A stretch of DNA of 62,050 bases, the filler included, from Sphacelaria rigidula (lineage: Eukaryota): assembly GCA_964200075.2 (NCBI GenBank). It is 4 parts of 4 records of this genome, joined end to end, with 100 filler letters (N's around TTAATTAATTAA, not from the genome) between each part and the next. Parts side by side here need not be neighbours in the genome. Positions count along the whole stretch, not along the records: positions 1 to 15,443 come from CAXNAA020001744.1; 3 more parts are not named here. One strand, written 5' to 3'. Below are positions 1 to 13,030 of this stretch, one piece after another. Within the stretch, counting starts at the first letter, position 1; each line of letters opens with the position of its first letter. Position numbers and translations under genes: made by a program. The notes beneath the pieces were generated by a model, which saw only the letters and a program-made list of their open reading frames with translations, was not told where the DNA came from and did no database searches.

Positions 1-1774
1 CTCTGTTTGTGTCTTCCCCTTCCCCCCCCCCGGTATCGATCGAAGGCACTTGCGGACGGTACTTCCGTCGGGTTTTTGTCGCATACTGGCTAGCTCCTCA
101 AACCTCATTTCATTGATCAACCTCACTTTATAGAATTCCCTGTTACTTGTTATCCCAAATACGCGACCCTCCCCGTCGATACCTCGAAAACAAAATAATG
201 TGGACGACCTTACGTCTGCCTCTACTCATGTCACTACCCCCCCTTATTAGCACCGAACATCCCCGCTTCTGCTACCACTGTAATTGTCCTTGTCTGCCAC
301 GTTGATAGTGACGTACGGAGTTTTTGGTGCTGGAACCTGACAGTACATGTGTGTGAATGTACTGCCAAGTGTGCGTGTGTGTGCGGACTACATACATGAT
401 TGTATGTATGTTGCTGAGGTGCGGCCGATAGACCTTGAGTCCACATGCCTATTCATTTGTTTTATATATATATATCCCTTTGTTTATGTCTTTGCCGTGC
501 TCAACGTGCGCCCTCTTATTCTTTTCTGCGCCCTCCTCCCTTTTCTGCCAGAATTCGGCCTATCCTGTTCGGAATATGCTGTATTTTGGTGCAAATATCC
601 TGTCTGAAATGTGATGAATGTTTCAAGGTGTTTTCTCAAGGCCGTTTTTCTGCAAAAACAAGACGGTATTCGGAAATTTGTCTCTTCCAAGACCGCAGAA
701 GGTGTCAAGGCATATGGATTTATTTATCGTCCTCCGAGGGTTTCCGTCATGAGCCGGGACGTAATAACAAATACGTGAGTAATTAATTCCCTGAATATCC
801 ATTCATGCTGCCTAAGTGGTGCATATGACTTCTGCTCGTGGTTCTTGACGATTGTCACGTCTGGCAGGGGATACGCGGAGAGCAAAAACAAGTTATGGCA
901 GTACTTGTTGAAGGGCAGTTCGTGGAATTTTTCCTGCCTCCCCTGACAGTCGGAGTAGGTGAGTCTCTCCTTCTCCCACGCGATGCGCACGCACAAACGG
1001 CATTCGTGAGCCAGACACTGTTAGAAAAGTGTCGCGATGACCGCTTTGACGTGATCGCTACAGTTGGCGCAACGGCACCTAAGCCAAGCAAGCAGACAAG
1101 CTGCTTTGGAGGGTAGACAGAAGATGATGTTCAAGGTGCCTCTTGCGAGCAAGACAGTCCAAACAACCCACCGTGTTGAACGGCCAACCGAGGAGAGTGC
1201 TTCATATATCACAGCTGATATCCCATATTATGCGCCCCCACATCAGACCAAACCTTCGTGACCGGTACCTGCGATCCCAACACTACATATATATATAAAG
1301 TCAATAGCACACGAAGCGTTGAAGAGCATGGCTCCACAGCCTCATTTTCTAACAGACACTGTCCGCGATGACTTGCGCACCGCGTAGGACCTAAGACACT
1401 CGGTTATCATGCTTTTTTATCCGAGCAATCTGCTCGGGTGGCTTTTTGGTATCCCAACCGAGAGTAACAGAGGAGTGTTACGGTATTTCTCGTAGCCAGC
1501 AATCCCCGAGAAAACTGAGATTCGCGACCCTGACGCCGTCGTTGCTCGCCGCTGTGCAGGGAGCAATCTTATTTGCACTTCAATTCACCTCGCGCTTACC
1601 CGATTATTCGACTTACACTGCACCGGCGATACACCAGCTTACATCGATGAGCTGTATCTGCAACTCGACAACTGTGTGGGGAGAACAAAAACCACATCGT
1701 GCCGGGATACCTCGGATGTCTGGTGGCGCGTGGGACAATCGGCCGCGTCGAGACTAATTTCATGATGGTGGGAC

Positions 1775-2130
1775 ATACCCACATCATGATAGACCAGGTT
1801 TTTTCGAGATGCGTCGGGATTATCTTTGCAGGCAGACTAATGCCGAGATAGCCCCCCCACAAAAAGTGCACCGGCACCATCCAACGAACCGGCTACGATC
1901 CCACTATTGGGCTCATTTGCAGCAACTTCGCCCACGTGAGAGGCGTGCAGCAGTCCGAAATCAGCTATATCGCCCAAATCAGTCGCGTCGTTCAGCACGA
2001 AACCAGCTTTAACGGAAGTTATGACCATCGCCTCCGTGCACATTTTTGGCCGGTTTTGGGGGGGGGCTACCTCGGCAGCAGTCCATATCGTACCTATATC
2101 AAGTCATTTCCATCTCATATCGCGGTGGAA
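1775..2130. mobile_element. MITE-like element with internal inverted repeats
   Basis: gactaatgccgagatagccccccc (~1836-1859) is the near reverse complement of gggggggctacctcggcagcagtc (~2060-2083); outer boundaries are approximate; no coding capacity. Confidence 0.5.
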
Positions 2131-2455
2131 TGAGGTACTCATCCATGCCAATTCGACGAGTTTCGTCGGCGTTGTTGATCCAAAGCTCCATCTTTCTTAT
2201 TTGCCGTTCCGTTGTAGAAAGAAATGAAACCGACGCTCATGGTGACCCGTTCAAAATCAAAATCGCGCCCAATTTTGGACGAAATGTGAATACAGTACAG
2301 TTGGTTCTACAGTTTAAAATTATGAGAACAGTCTTGTAAAGAAAAGCAGGAGCGGTATTGGAAAGAGGAGCGAACGTCTGTCACCATGGGTTCAAGAGAT
2401 CGGACCGATGTGCGAAAATAATAATAAAATAATGATCATAATAATTTATAAGAAG

Positions 2456-3135
2456 AATTCCAATTTTCAAATTGCTTGTTGTTATTCCAGATTCGGCATT
2501 GGATTTCTGTGACAGAAAACTGTCTCGTTTTTTTCGGAATACTTATCAAAAAGCAAGCAGAACTTGAAGAAAAACTGCTCAAAACGTGACCCCATTATAT
2601 GGAGTACAGTGTACTACACTAAACACAACACAGTGCTGTAGTGATGGGTGTGGGAAGCGCCTTGTTCGTTGCGACAAGAGAAGCTGATGCATACTGTATA
2701 CAGTCCGTGTTCAGGTTCTAAAAAACACTGCAGAAGCTGTGCTGTGTTGTGTTGTATTCAGTGTATTACTCTGTACTCCATTCCAATTTTCAAATTGGTT
2801 GTTGTCTCAGGCTATTCCAGATTCGGCATTGGATTTCTGCGACAGAAAACTGTCTCGTTTTTTCCGGAATACTTTTAAAAAAACAAGGAGAACTTTTCAC
2901 ACAACAAGCAGAACGTTTTGAAACACTGCTCAAAAGGTGACCGCATTATATGGAGTACAGGGTACTACACTGAACACAACACAATTCTGCAGTGGTTTAT
3001 GGAGTACAGGGTACTACACTGAATACAACACAACACAGCACAGCTTCTGCAGTGTTTTTTAGAACCTGAACACGGACTGTATACAGTATGCATCAGCTTC
3101 TCTTGTTGCAACGAACAAGGCGCTTCCCACAGCCA
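2456..3135. repeat. Composite foldback: direct duplication nested in a ~130-bp inverted repeat
   Basis: 2456-2640 is repeated directly at ~2780-2990 (ttccaattttcaaattg...ggagtacag); 2648-2779 is the near-perfect reverse complement of 3000-3131. Confidence 0.85.
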
Positions 3136-3604
3136 TGATTTCTATGCTGTAGTTGTTGCTGTGCTGTTGTGCATCTGAACACTCTACGACGAACATGGTG
3201 TGATGTGCGCTAGGTTTTTTGCCGAGTGCCGAGTAAACAAGCATGGACCCATCAGCAGGTAGTACGTACCAAGCGCTGTCCGGCACGGTGGCTATCACTC
3301 GCAAGGTGCGTGAGTGTTGTCGCACGGTCGAAACGCGGACCGTCTACGATCAAAAGCAGCATCAGCAGCAGCATCGGCACCAGTTGATTCAGACCCACCC
3401 CCAGCCACGCACATATATTGGCAGTAAATATGCTGCTGATACTGCTGCTGCTGCTTCTCGTGCGGGAGGCGGTCCGCGTTTCGTCGTCCGACATTACCCA
3501 TGCACCGGGCACGTTGCTGATACTGCTGCATGCTTACAGAAACAGTCAGGTGATCGGAATTTTCCCTGTGTTTTTTTCGCTCGACCGTTTTCCTCAGAGG
3601 TGTG

Positions 3605-4560
3605 CAAAACCGAAATGGTTCATTCGCAGCTACCTACTCGACCTTGCGGCACAGATCACGAACTGAGCGCGGGGATACATACACTGCAGTGATAAAAACC
3701 GACACCACCACTGTTTTGGCATGATGTGTTCCTTTTTGTTGGCGAAAACTTGGTCATCTAATTTTGTGGCAGGGTCCACCGACAAAGTTACGTGTTGGGG
3801 TGGGGGATCGAATTGCCAACGAGCTCATGGACAGTCGAGGCCGTGTAAAACTGCACATGGTTCAAATCTGCTTCGCATCCTCCAGTATGCAGAGAGTCAG
3901 AAAGCTGGGCTGTCTGCCAAATCTGCTGTATACCGCGTTGCCCGCTTCTTTTCCACATCGCGGCTACATGCTGCGCGAAACACACACACTATATACAAAA
4001 CACAGTAGTAGTACAGGGCGCCACTACTGTTGTACAGTAGTCTGTACTGTCTGTACTGCACTCTATATAAGTAAAGAAGTACCTATGTTGCAGACGACCC
4101 TGCCAGATACTACCCTTTCACAGAATTACGCAAAACCCAAATGATTCATTCGCCGCTACCCACCCAACCCTGCGGCATAGATCACGAACTCAGCACAGGG
4201 ATATACACTGCAGCAGTAATATGAAACCGACACCACTGTTTTGGCATGATGTGTTCCTATTTGTTGGCGAAAACTTAGGCATCTTGTTTTGTGGCAGGGT
4301 CCGCCGACGGAGTTGCGTGTCGGGGTGGGCGATCGAATTGCCAACGCGCTCATGTACAGTAAAGGCGATGAAAAACTGCACATGGTTCAAATCTGCTTCG
4401 CATCCTCCTGTATGCAGAGCCAGAAAGCTTTGTTGTCTGTCAAATCTACTGTGTGTCGCGTTGCCCGCTTCTTTTCCACATCGCGCCCGCATGCTGTGCG
4501 AAACACACACCATCTGGACAGTACAGGCCGCCCCTGTTGTACAGCAGTCTGTACTGTACT
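3605..4560 (+). repeat. Diverged tandem duplication of a ~440-bp unit
   Basis: 3605-4052 and 4131-4560 are collinear (ttcattcgc.gctacc ... catggttcaaatctgcttcgcatcctcc ... cgcgttgcccgcttcttttccacatcgcg ... gtctgtactgt). Confidence 0.85.
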
Positions 4561-4589
4561 GTGTAATTTTTGGCCAACAACAGAACTGT

Positions 4590-4784
4590 TGTAATGCGTG
4601 AGAGGACCGCGTCGGAAGTTGAACATCCCTATGGTTGGGGTTAGGGTTAGGGTCAGTGTTGGGGTTGGGATCAGGAGCGTGGTACCTGCAGGGACTGGCC
4701 CGATTGGTTTTGGAAAATGCCGATACTGAGGTGTTTCGAGCTACGGTGCGGTCCTCTAAGCACGCGGTCCTCTCACCCATTACA
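4590..4784. mobile_element. 195-bp MITE, TGT...ACA termini, 23-bp TIRs, 4-bp TSD (CTGT), internal TTAGGG-like repeats
   Basis: Left TIR tgtaatgcgtgagaggaccgcgt (4590-4612) and right TIR acgcggtcctctcacccattaca (4762-4784) have one mismatch; ctgt lies at 4586-4589 and 4785-4788; core ggttggggttagggttagggtc. Confidence 0.85.
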
Positions 4785-5964
4785 CTGTGACCTTCGGAAA
4801 ACGCAAAGGTGCTCTGGAACGGTCTCAGGTGTCAACATCCGCTGAGCCTTCTTTTCGGGGCAAAAACGAGGGAGAAGGGTCAAAACAGCACTTTTCAACA
4901 TGTCATATTTTTCGATACATAACAACGAGTAGCCTAACAAAGGAAAAGGAAGAAATAAAACTGGAAGCGCGATTGCATAGCAGAGCAATCTATAATGATA
5001 ATAATGAACGCCCCCACGAAGACCTCCTATTGGTCCCGTGAAATAGTTCAGTCGAGTGCTCGGCCGCTAGCATGGGCCTATCAACGTATTTTCAAAGTGT
5101 TAAAAAACCTCCTTCGTCCCAGGGCGATGTTCCCGGGACGAATGCCACAACTCCTCTTGGCCTAACTGGTGCCCCATCGCACACGCAGCTTCCATGTGCG
5201 TTACCAGCACAATTTACCATCGGACAAAGATTCGCTGGCCGGATCTATCGCTTGGTCTCAGACCCTCGGGGTTAAACATGCGATACCATCCGAACTTCTT
5301 CGTGCTGACAGCTCTTCGGGTCAGTTACGGCAACGTGGTATTTTCCGGTAACACAAAATCATCAGCGCTAGCTGTTCCTCACTCCCTCATACCGTACAAC
5401 TGGATCGGCCTGCGGAGAATCCAGTTGGCAATTCGCCGGACTCAAAGATGCGGAACATTGCTTTCTCGGGTGCATATGTGTCACATCTATGGCCAGAAAA
5501 CCACCGACCCATCAGCCCCACCCTGTACCAAGACCTGAAATCAGAAATCGGCATAAAACTTTCCTGCAGTCTGCATTACAACTTCGACTAGTATTTCAAT
5601 ACCCACGGTGCGACACTAGTCTTCTTCGTGGGGTATATGTACACAGGGAACCCCCGATTCAGGAACCAGAGACCAAAATACGCGACCATCGCCGAAACTT
5701 GTTCCCTTCGTGGTCTACAGTCTACCCTCCCGGTATCTACAAGCACAGAAACAAATGCTGACTTCGAGCGATCTGTGAAATTCGCCGGCAAATCAAATCT
5801 GAAGCCGACGAAGCCATGTGCGGATGCACCCTGATAATTTCGTCACTCACAAACATAACCATCGCAAAATCAAGGTCAAGATGCGCGTCGTCATAACCTT
5901 CCGGGATCGGGCTTGTCTACTTGTAGGTTCCAGGGTGGCACTACGGTGTTGTATCAATAATTCA

Positions 5965-6333
5965 TCACAAGGGTTTTTCAAAGTCTTTGGGTAGACCTCC
6001 ACCGCGACCACCGCTTGTATTCCCGTTCACCAGAAAATGACTGTGCTCAAACGGCTTGCTGCAGCCGTCGACACCACAGTCGTACCTGCTGGTACCTTCG
6101 TCATTTTCTACAGTATCTTGTCCGTCATCAGTCAGACCCTTGCTTTTCCGCAGCAGCAGGTTGTTTCCGCTCCTCGCACGATCATTGGCCATGTCTTGAA
6201 GGGCGCTCATGCTAGGGGGATCGAACTCAAGCGCACCTGAGGCGTCCAACCAGCGACCTATGGCACCTGGGTCGATCCCGTCCAGGTCTCCGAACTGGTG
6301 AATTTCTTCTGTGTAGGCCACGCGTACCCCTCC
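5965..6333 (-). CDS. Probable terminal coding exon of an uncharacterised protein with a C-x4-C-x5-H-x-H motif (CGVDGCSKPFEHSH)
   Basis: Natural-looking ORF (GGVRVAYTEEIHQFGDLDGIDPG...DFEKPL*), preceded on the minus strand by a polypyrimidine tract and acceptor (tttcttttctacctcttccctcccaaaaccag|GGA). Upstream exons not confidently found. Confidence 0.6.
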   Translation of the reverse strand, partial: GGVRVAYTEEIHQFGDLDGIDPGAIGRWLDASGALEFDPPSMSALQDMANDRARSGNNLLLRKSKGLTDDGQDTVENDEGTSRYDCGVDGCSKPFEHSHFLVNGNTSGGRGGGLPKDFEKPL

Positions 6334-8340
6334 CTGGTTTTGGGAGGGAAGAGGTAGAAAAGAAAGCGGCTTGTTCATCCGACACTACAACTCTCACTCC
6401 AGGTGCGGCAACCGTGCAACCTGGGCGTTGAAGAAGACAAGGAAGCAGCTTTAGGGAATTCAAGCTGATCACATCAACTTGCACGCCGGGTTCAATCGGC
6501 GTCAACGAAAAGCCTTGGCGTGTGATGACAGCAGTTGTCACGAATGGGTCACAGAACGACCATGTACAAATATTTCAAAGATCGGACTCCGTGCCGATAC
6601 GTCAGAGACAGCAGGCAACCCCCAAATCGAGGGGCAAACCCGTCCCCGAAGTCAGGTTCGGCGTACTGTATACGCCCACACATGATTTGCGTCCATTTCG
6701 GTATTTCATCTTGCGAGAGCACATTGCAAATTATCCACGACAAAATAAACTGGCAGAAACCTGGACGCACGGTATTTCAAATAGCCGCTGCTTCACAACG
6801 TTTGCCTCCTACAACATTTCCAGCACCCTGTAGCCACACTTCCCCCCGAGAGACTTTACTGGTTCCTGTGCAAAACGCTATTGACAGAGGGTCCGTACCG
6901 TATCCTGGCATCACGCCGCCGCTCCGTATTTGTGCTATTGTGCCATGGTGTACCGTACCGTGTTTCGGGGCAGAGCCAATATGCAAAATAGCGGAACCAA
7001 ACGAACCGTCGGCGGCGAAACCGCGATCTCCGACAAATGACACGCACAAGACGCAGAGAACGTTACGACTCACTTTGCCTGGAAACACCGACAAAACAAA
7101 CAGACCAGGTATGTGTCTAGGTTCGGGGGGCAGAATGCCGAGAGTTATTAAGCGCACGTGGTGTGCATGCGCGAAGATTCGGAAGTATGTTTCGGAATGC
7201 AGTCGGTGGTTGCGGTAGTCATTTTGCCTTCGTTTGGTCGGCCGTTGTGTGTGCGAACAGCAAATGAGCGGGTGAAGCTCCGGCGCTGCTTGTGTACATC
7301 ATCGCGGTTGGTGATTGTAGACGACCGCCGCCGTGACATTCTTGACGTACGAGCGTACCCCAGAGACGGTACCACCCAAGAGGAATGGTCGTGTTAGGGG
7401 TACCGTAAGCTCTTCTGGAGGAAGTACGGCACGCCGAGAGATGGGGCGAAAACACCTTTTCGCGCACGGAAGATCAAAGGGTAGAACAAGCGTTTTCTTC
7501 ATCTTCAAGCACGAGTGGTCCATACTTGGTATGTCCCCAATCGATAGAGTTGAACTCAATCCGGGTGAAGACAGTGTATGGGGCGTGTTCACCGCTTGTA
7601 CGTGTACGGTTTCCGTGAAAAATACCGAGGGATATGTCTCTTGTATAATAGATCAAACGTCTGACCCTCAAACCTACCAGCGCTATACCTTGAGCTTCCT
7701 CGGCAATATACTTGTGCGCGCAAGTATACGGAGAACCCGGGTTGAAGCGACAAAAATCCTGGGAGTGCGCGGCGTGTTTCAGATTCGTCACGCAGTCTTT
7801 CTCCCCCTCCTCCCTCCCCCCCCCCCCCCCCCCCCCCCCCCAGCCCCCACCCCCCGGCACCCACGGTGGTACCACAACCCCCACGCCTCCGCCCACANNN
7901 NNNNNNNCCCCCTCCTCCCTCCCCCCCCCCCAAGGCTCCAAGGACGAGCAGCAAGCTCGTGAATTCAATGGTATGACAAGCACCTGTACGTGCTCGCAAA
8001 AAGTGGGGGCGAACTCAACACGAGTAGCCCACCTTGTAGCACGCAAGTGACGGCACTCGGTTAACTCGCATTCTTGTTGCCAGTTCAGACTCCAGTCTGA
8101 TTCGCGACCGCACAAATCTGTTAAGAGATAGATCAATCCGATGGATGAGAGGGGGGGGGGGGGGGGGGGGGCTCATGGTTTTTTATGTTGTATTCTTTTG
8201 CCGGTTGTTTTTGCTTCCCTACAAAGCCGGGCCGAACCCCCCCGGGTTTTNNNNNNNNNNCCCCTTTTTTTTCCCAGGTCAACCCCCCTTTTTTTTCCCC
8301 GCCCACAAAATTTTTTAAAGAAAAAAAAAACCCAGGGGAG

Positions 8341-8845
8341 GGGGGGGGGGGGGGGGGGGGGGGGTGCTCATGATCTTGTATGCTGTATTCATATGACCGT
8401 TGATCTTGCATCTCTACAAAGCCGGGACAGAGCACGCCAGGTTTTTGCCGGACCAGGCTCGCAATCACCAAGCGCGAAGCGCCGTGATGTGATCGGCGAG
8501 TCGCATGAAGGGTGAGTTGCATCGCACCAAGATGATTCGGCCAGAAGCGTATTAAATATCCTACGTACGGATGACAGCCTCCAATGAGTTGCTTCATTTT
8601 CTGGTATCACCACTTCCGGATATAGCCACGGGTTACACAGTTGAACACTTGGTAGTACGAAGATACTTCTTCTTTGGGCAGAGGTAAGGTTCTTCCATTC
8701 CGCGAAATAGATTCAGCTTGATCACCATCATCATTACTGCAAAAAATAATGCAAGCGACAAAAAAATGGTAACCTGGCTGCCTAGCTTACGCAGTGAGTG
8801 GCGTGTGTTACAGCACCGTTACCCACCGACGCCAACCCACAAAGT
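8341..8845 (+). mobile_element. Copy of abundant polyG-terminated non-coding repeat family
   Basis: Head G(n)TGCTCATGATCTTG...CTACAAAGCCGGGAC...CAATCACCAAGCGCGAAGCGCCG, collinear over ~500 bp with 40523-41035; a degenerate head copy sits at 8150-8250. Confidence 0.85.
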
Positions 8846-9697
8846 GGGGTGCAGGAAGGGGGGAATGGGGGAATGCAGGGAGGCCGGCAGGGGGGGAGGG
8901 GGGGGAGGTATCATGGAACAAACAGTTCTGCATGCATGTTGATGTTTGGAACAAACGTCATGAAACTGAGCTAGACACTGACATTTTTCACACGAGTGCT
9001 CCGATATTTTCACACCGCCTCCTGGAACCCCGAATATCCGGCAAAAAAACATAAAACTGTAAATAAAAGGCCCCATTCATACAGCCTTTCTACATATATC
9101 AATACATCCGTGTGCAAACTTCCATGGTCTGCCTCGAATAAACGGCGCAAGTAATCGTCCGTATGTCCGTTGACGTATACAAATGTACGCAGAACCTCCC
9201 CCCAATCACTCTACTGCAGAATGCTACTACACACGTTTTCCTTGTGCGTTTGAATAAATCGACGGCTTGGGATCAGCTTTTCGAGTCACGCAACGAAAAT
9301 TTGTTCAAACGTTTCTTGTACTACCTCGGGAAGAGTCAAAGTTGAACTTTTGTTTTGAAGCAATCCCTACCGGTCTCTGGGGGGTCTTCACGCTGGGACC
9401 CCCGGAAACCGGTGAAGGGCGGATCAAGTTTGGAACGCTATACTCCCCCCCCGGTTCGCAGGACCTCTTTCTACCAAACTGCAAAGTTTGAGGATGATCG
9501 GAGCCTTACTACAAAAGCTACAAGGGAAAACGTCTAGAGGCTTTCTGGGTCTCCGATGAAAATGATCAGTGAAAATCCGATGACGCCAAAGCTCCACAGC
9601 ACCGAAATGCCACGTTGTGGGGTATAACTCGATCCCGTACAAAAAAATTTCAAATCTGTTCTTTACGCTAGGTTCCCTAGCTGATGCTGGTTACCAA

Positions 9698-10192
9698 GAC
9701 CACCTGTTGTGGGAACCAATCTGTATTTGTACAGCTATGAGGATTTCAGCCCGTCTACAGGCGATTTTCTTCCGCGGATTGATTTTTCGCACCCCAGTCC
9801 GTTGGGCAATGTCTTTTGGCTAGCTGTGAGGAAACCAGAAAGGTGATATACCAAAATTCAACCCTCAGATAATCGGAGAATTGGTCTGGTTTCCTCACAG
9901 CTAGCCAAAAAACGCCCAACGGACTGGGGTTCGAAAAATCAGTCCGCGGGAGAAAATCGCCTGTATCGGGTTCGGGGGAGATGCGGGAGTGTCCCGATTC
10001 GACCAGAAAAGTGATACACAAAGGTTAACCTTCAGAGAATCGGAAAATTGGTCTGATTTCCTCACAGTTAGCCAAAACAAATGCCCTAGAGACTGAGGTC
10101 CGAAAGATCAACCTGCGGGAGAAAATCGCCCGTAGACGGGCTGATATCCTCATTGTTGTACAAGTACATATTGGTTCCCATAAAAAGTGGTC
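9698..10192. mobile_element. MITE/foldback with ~140-bp TIRs and an internally duplicated right arm
   Basis: 9698-9838 (agaccacctgttgtgggaacc...gctgtgaggaaaccag) is the reverse complement of ~10049-10192; a second partial right arm at 9883-9965 also pairs with 9755-9838. Confidence 0.8.
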
Positions 10193-10559
10193 TAAGGTCT
10201 GATTCGTAATGAAATTGGGTACAAGTTGAGTGGGAATTCAAATATTAATTTCAGAACAATTTGAAGGCCTCTGGTTGGCCGAGAAACATTTTCACTATCA
10301 GCGCTACGGCAAAGGACGCAAGAGAAAATCTGGCCATGTCACACTGTTCGCTTGCTCGTGGGGGTGACTGTAATACCAAATATGAATCTATCGGGTGAGT
10401 TTTGCGTTCTTTATCCAGCGGGGAATGAATCTGACCCAGCCTGTATTAGTCTCGTGTCGGGCATGTTCGAACCGCACCAAAGACTAACGCGGTTAACGTC
10501 GACGTTTAATTGACGCGAAACATTACGGCGGGGATATTTCACTCGTAACTCGGAATTTG

Positions 10560-11000
10560 TGGAGTTCGGTTCCGCAGAATTAGTCCGACAGGTCGCCCCC
10601 ACGTGCCATCTTGTGACATTTCGCAACGCTACTAGATATATGAGTGACTCCCCGATTTTATAATTCTTGCGCGGGAAAGGCCGATGGCAATCCCGGAGTG
10701 AAACCTATACACGTCTCATTGATTTGAGACTGAGCTTTTCTGCGGCGGACCCGCGCTTCTGTTTCTTTGCCGTAATTGTCTGTGCTGAATTCCAGTGTTT
10801 TCACGAGGTTCAATACTATTCTGGCCCGGCGAAATCTATCGGAAGGCTTCACCTACTAGTCCCACAACGGGCATGAGGGCGCTGCCGTGTGCCACACCAG
10901 CGCATGCGATCTTACCCTGTAGAACTTTTTAAAACCAGCTCTGGGAGATGCAACATGTCCTCCCAGCGATGACACGGCTCCATCACATGCTACTCCCGAC
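10560..11000 (-). pseudogene. Degenerate Ty3/Gypsy integrase fragment
   Basis: Minus-strand pieces LGGHVASPR...RVRSHALVWH (HHCC zinc-binding-like), IGFTPGLP...RGVTHI/LVAL..KMAR and ATCRTNSAE resemble, in order, DFITGLP...ILVVVDRLTKMAHF..TxTAE; stops and frameshifts present. Confidence 0.45.
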
Positions 11001-12730
11001 CTCATGTACGATAAACGGAAGACTTCTTCGGACTTCGGCCGCCAAGGTAAAGCGGAGGGCAGGCGAGGGCGATGGGAGTCCTCCATCACATCGACAAGAT
11101 GCAGTGGATCAATCGCTGATTTCGTGTTACTGAACAACGGTTTTTCCAACACAAGGGAATGCGAAGTAGGGAAGTTGGGCCCTGTGTCGAATCAGAATGT
11201 ACGGATAGACGGAAAGTGCAGTTGAAACTTGTTGTATTCACCGAGGAATTACAATCCCATGACCCCAATATTGGGCACAAAAACGTTCTGCGAGTACCGG
11301 AACTGTTCGTTGGAGTGCCACCCGTCACTGTGTAGGCCCGAGATTAAAAATTCGGGAGGGAGGCGACCACTCCATACAGTACACAGCAACTTATTTCGCC
11401 TTTCGTCGATCCTTAGGCACACCCGAGGCGGGTACTCTTTAGGCACCTTGTGCCTCCCTCGCGCCTGTTTGAGTTAGGGTTTTTGGCTATTCGCCGAAAT
11501 TAGGCCTGAGCGACTAAACGAGCTGGCAGATGATTTTTCACGCCTAGATCTACGCGAACGATTCTGTTCAACCTAGCAGTAACCACCCGAGGATGAGAAA
11601 CATGCATATGCGAGGGACCCCTGACACCCTATCTAAGATACAATTTTTTCGCGACAATTTCGGAACTATCTCGACACTGCGCTTCATCACAACCGGGTTT
11701 CCGCATCCTGAGGGAAATGTACGCGAACTTGGTAGAGTAGAAAATATGCAAATTCCAGTGCAGCCGCAGAAAATGGGGGGCACTGTCCGATCTGTCTATG
11801 AAAACCATGAAACGTCAGGTGAAGTGAAATATACCGTAATCGTTTTCACAATTAGACACACTAGCTGCGTGACGTACTTTGGGCCGATGAATTGGGTGAC
11901 AACGGACAAGTGTGCAAGGTATACCCTCAAAATTCGAGACAGTCATCACCGACGAAAACACGGAGGCAGTGTGGAACTGTACTTACAACAAAGTGCTGGT
12001 CGAAACACTAAATTCCTGGACTAATTTTTTAGACTCCGATGCTTCGGTGGAGCATGACACTACGGTCCTCCTTTTCTTGTGCAGTTTCGTCCAACTTCAG
12101 CATTTTGTGCTACTGACCCAAGACAGCCGGACAAACTCCTGTCATGGATACCTGCTGAGAAAGCGTGTGTAACACACTCAGTATACATGCCAACGCTCTT
12201 CTTAGCACACGAAATACATGCACTGTTGTGCGCTTCACACATACTCTGTGGAATTCGACATGGGCTGCCAACATGGCTCATTTTGCCACACTTCCACCCC
12301 ATGGTGTGACGTCACATGTCGCTTCTTACTCATTCCTCCATGCATCAATCACATCGTGAATTTCTCCGACAATACAATCCTGCAACAGAAACAAGAGGCG
12401 CGGTTGTTGCATGCGCACACCTTTCAACCGAAGCACATGAAAGCAACCGCCGCGGATGCGTCTGTATCGAATATCCGCGCTTGAAAAGAGAGATATAGCA
12501 GGCCAAGCGTTGTGCTTACCTAGTTCCCATATACGACCCCGCCTTAGACTCCAGGAAAAGATCCAAGGACGCCCCTAGCATGGACTCAGCATCGTAAAAA
12601 TGTATGATCACCCCGGCACCATGGAAGTGACCGCCGACCGTTTCCCCAATAGCACTTTCGGCTACCTAGTGCTCCTCAAAACCGGAAGAACGGGCCGGGC
12701 CGATTGGACGGCGAAAGACGAAGATAAGGC

Positions 12731-12790
12731 AGGGGGGGGGGGGGTACTCATGATCATGCATGCCATAGTCATAAGACCATTGACCTCGCA
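12731..12790 (+). repeat. Terminal fragment of polyG-terminated repeat family
   Basis: G-run followed by tactcatgatcatgcatgccatagtcataagaccattgacctcgca. Confidence 0.8.
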
Positions 12791-13030
12791 GGGGGAAGGG
12801 TTGCAGATGGAGTCACGGATATGTTTGGGGCAGCAGTCTTACATCGATCAGCGCGGAGGGTGAGGGGTCTGGGCATATTGAGCTGGGGCAGGGAGAAACG
12901 CGTGTGTTTCCACACCATGACACGTTTTTGCTCCGCTTGTTTGCACTTTTTTGCCATTCCTTCGACCATTCCGTACAGGAACAAAAAATCCGCTATATAT
13001 ATATATATATATATACACATAAGCCACTGC

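Noticed and set aside
7333-8600. Pro/Gly-rich ORFs of 110-220 aa
   Set aside because: They arise from C/G homopolymer runs and N gaps in low-quality repeat sequence.
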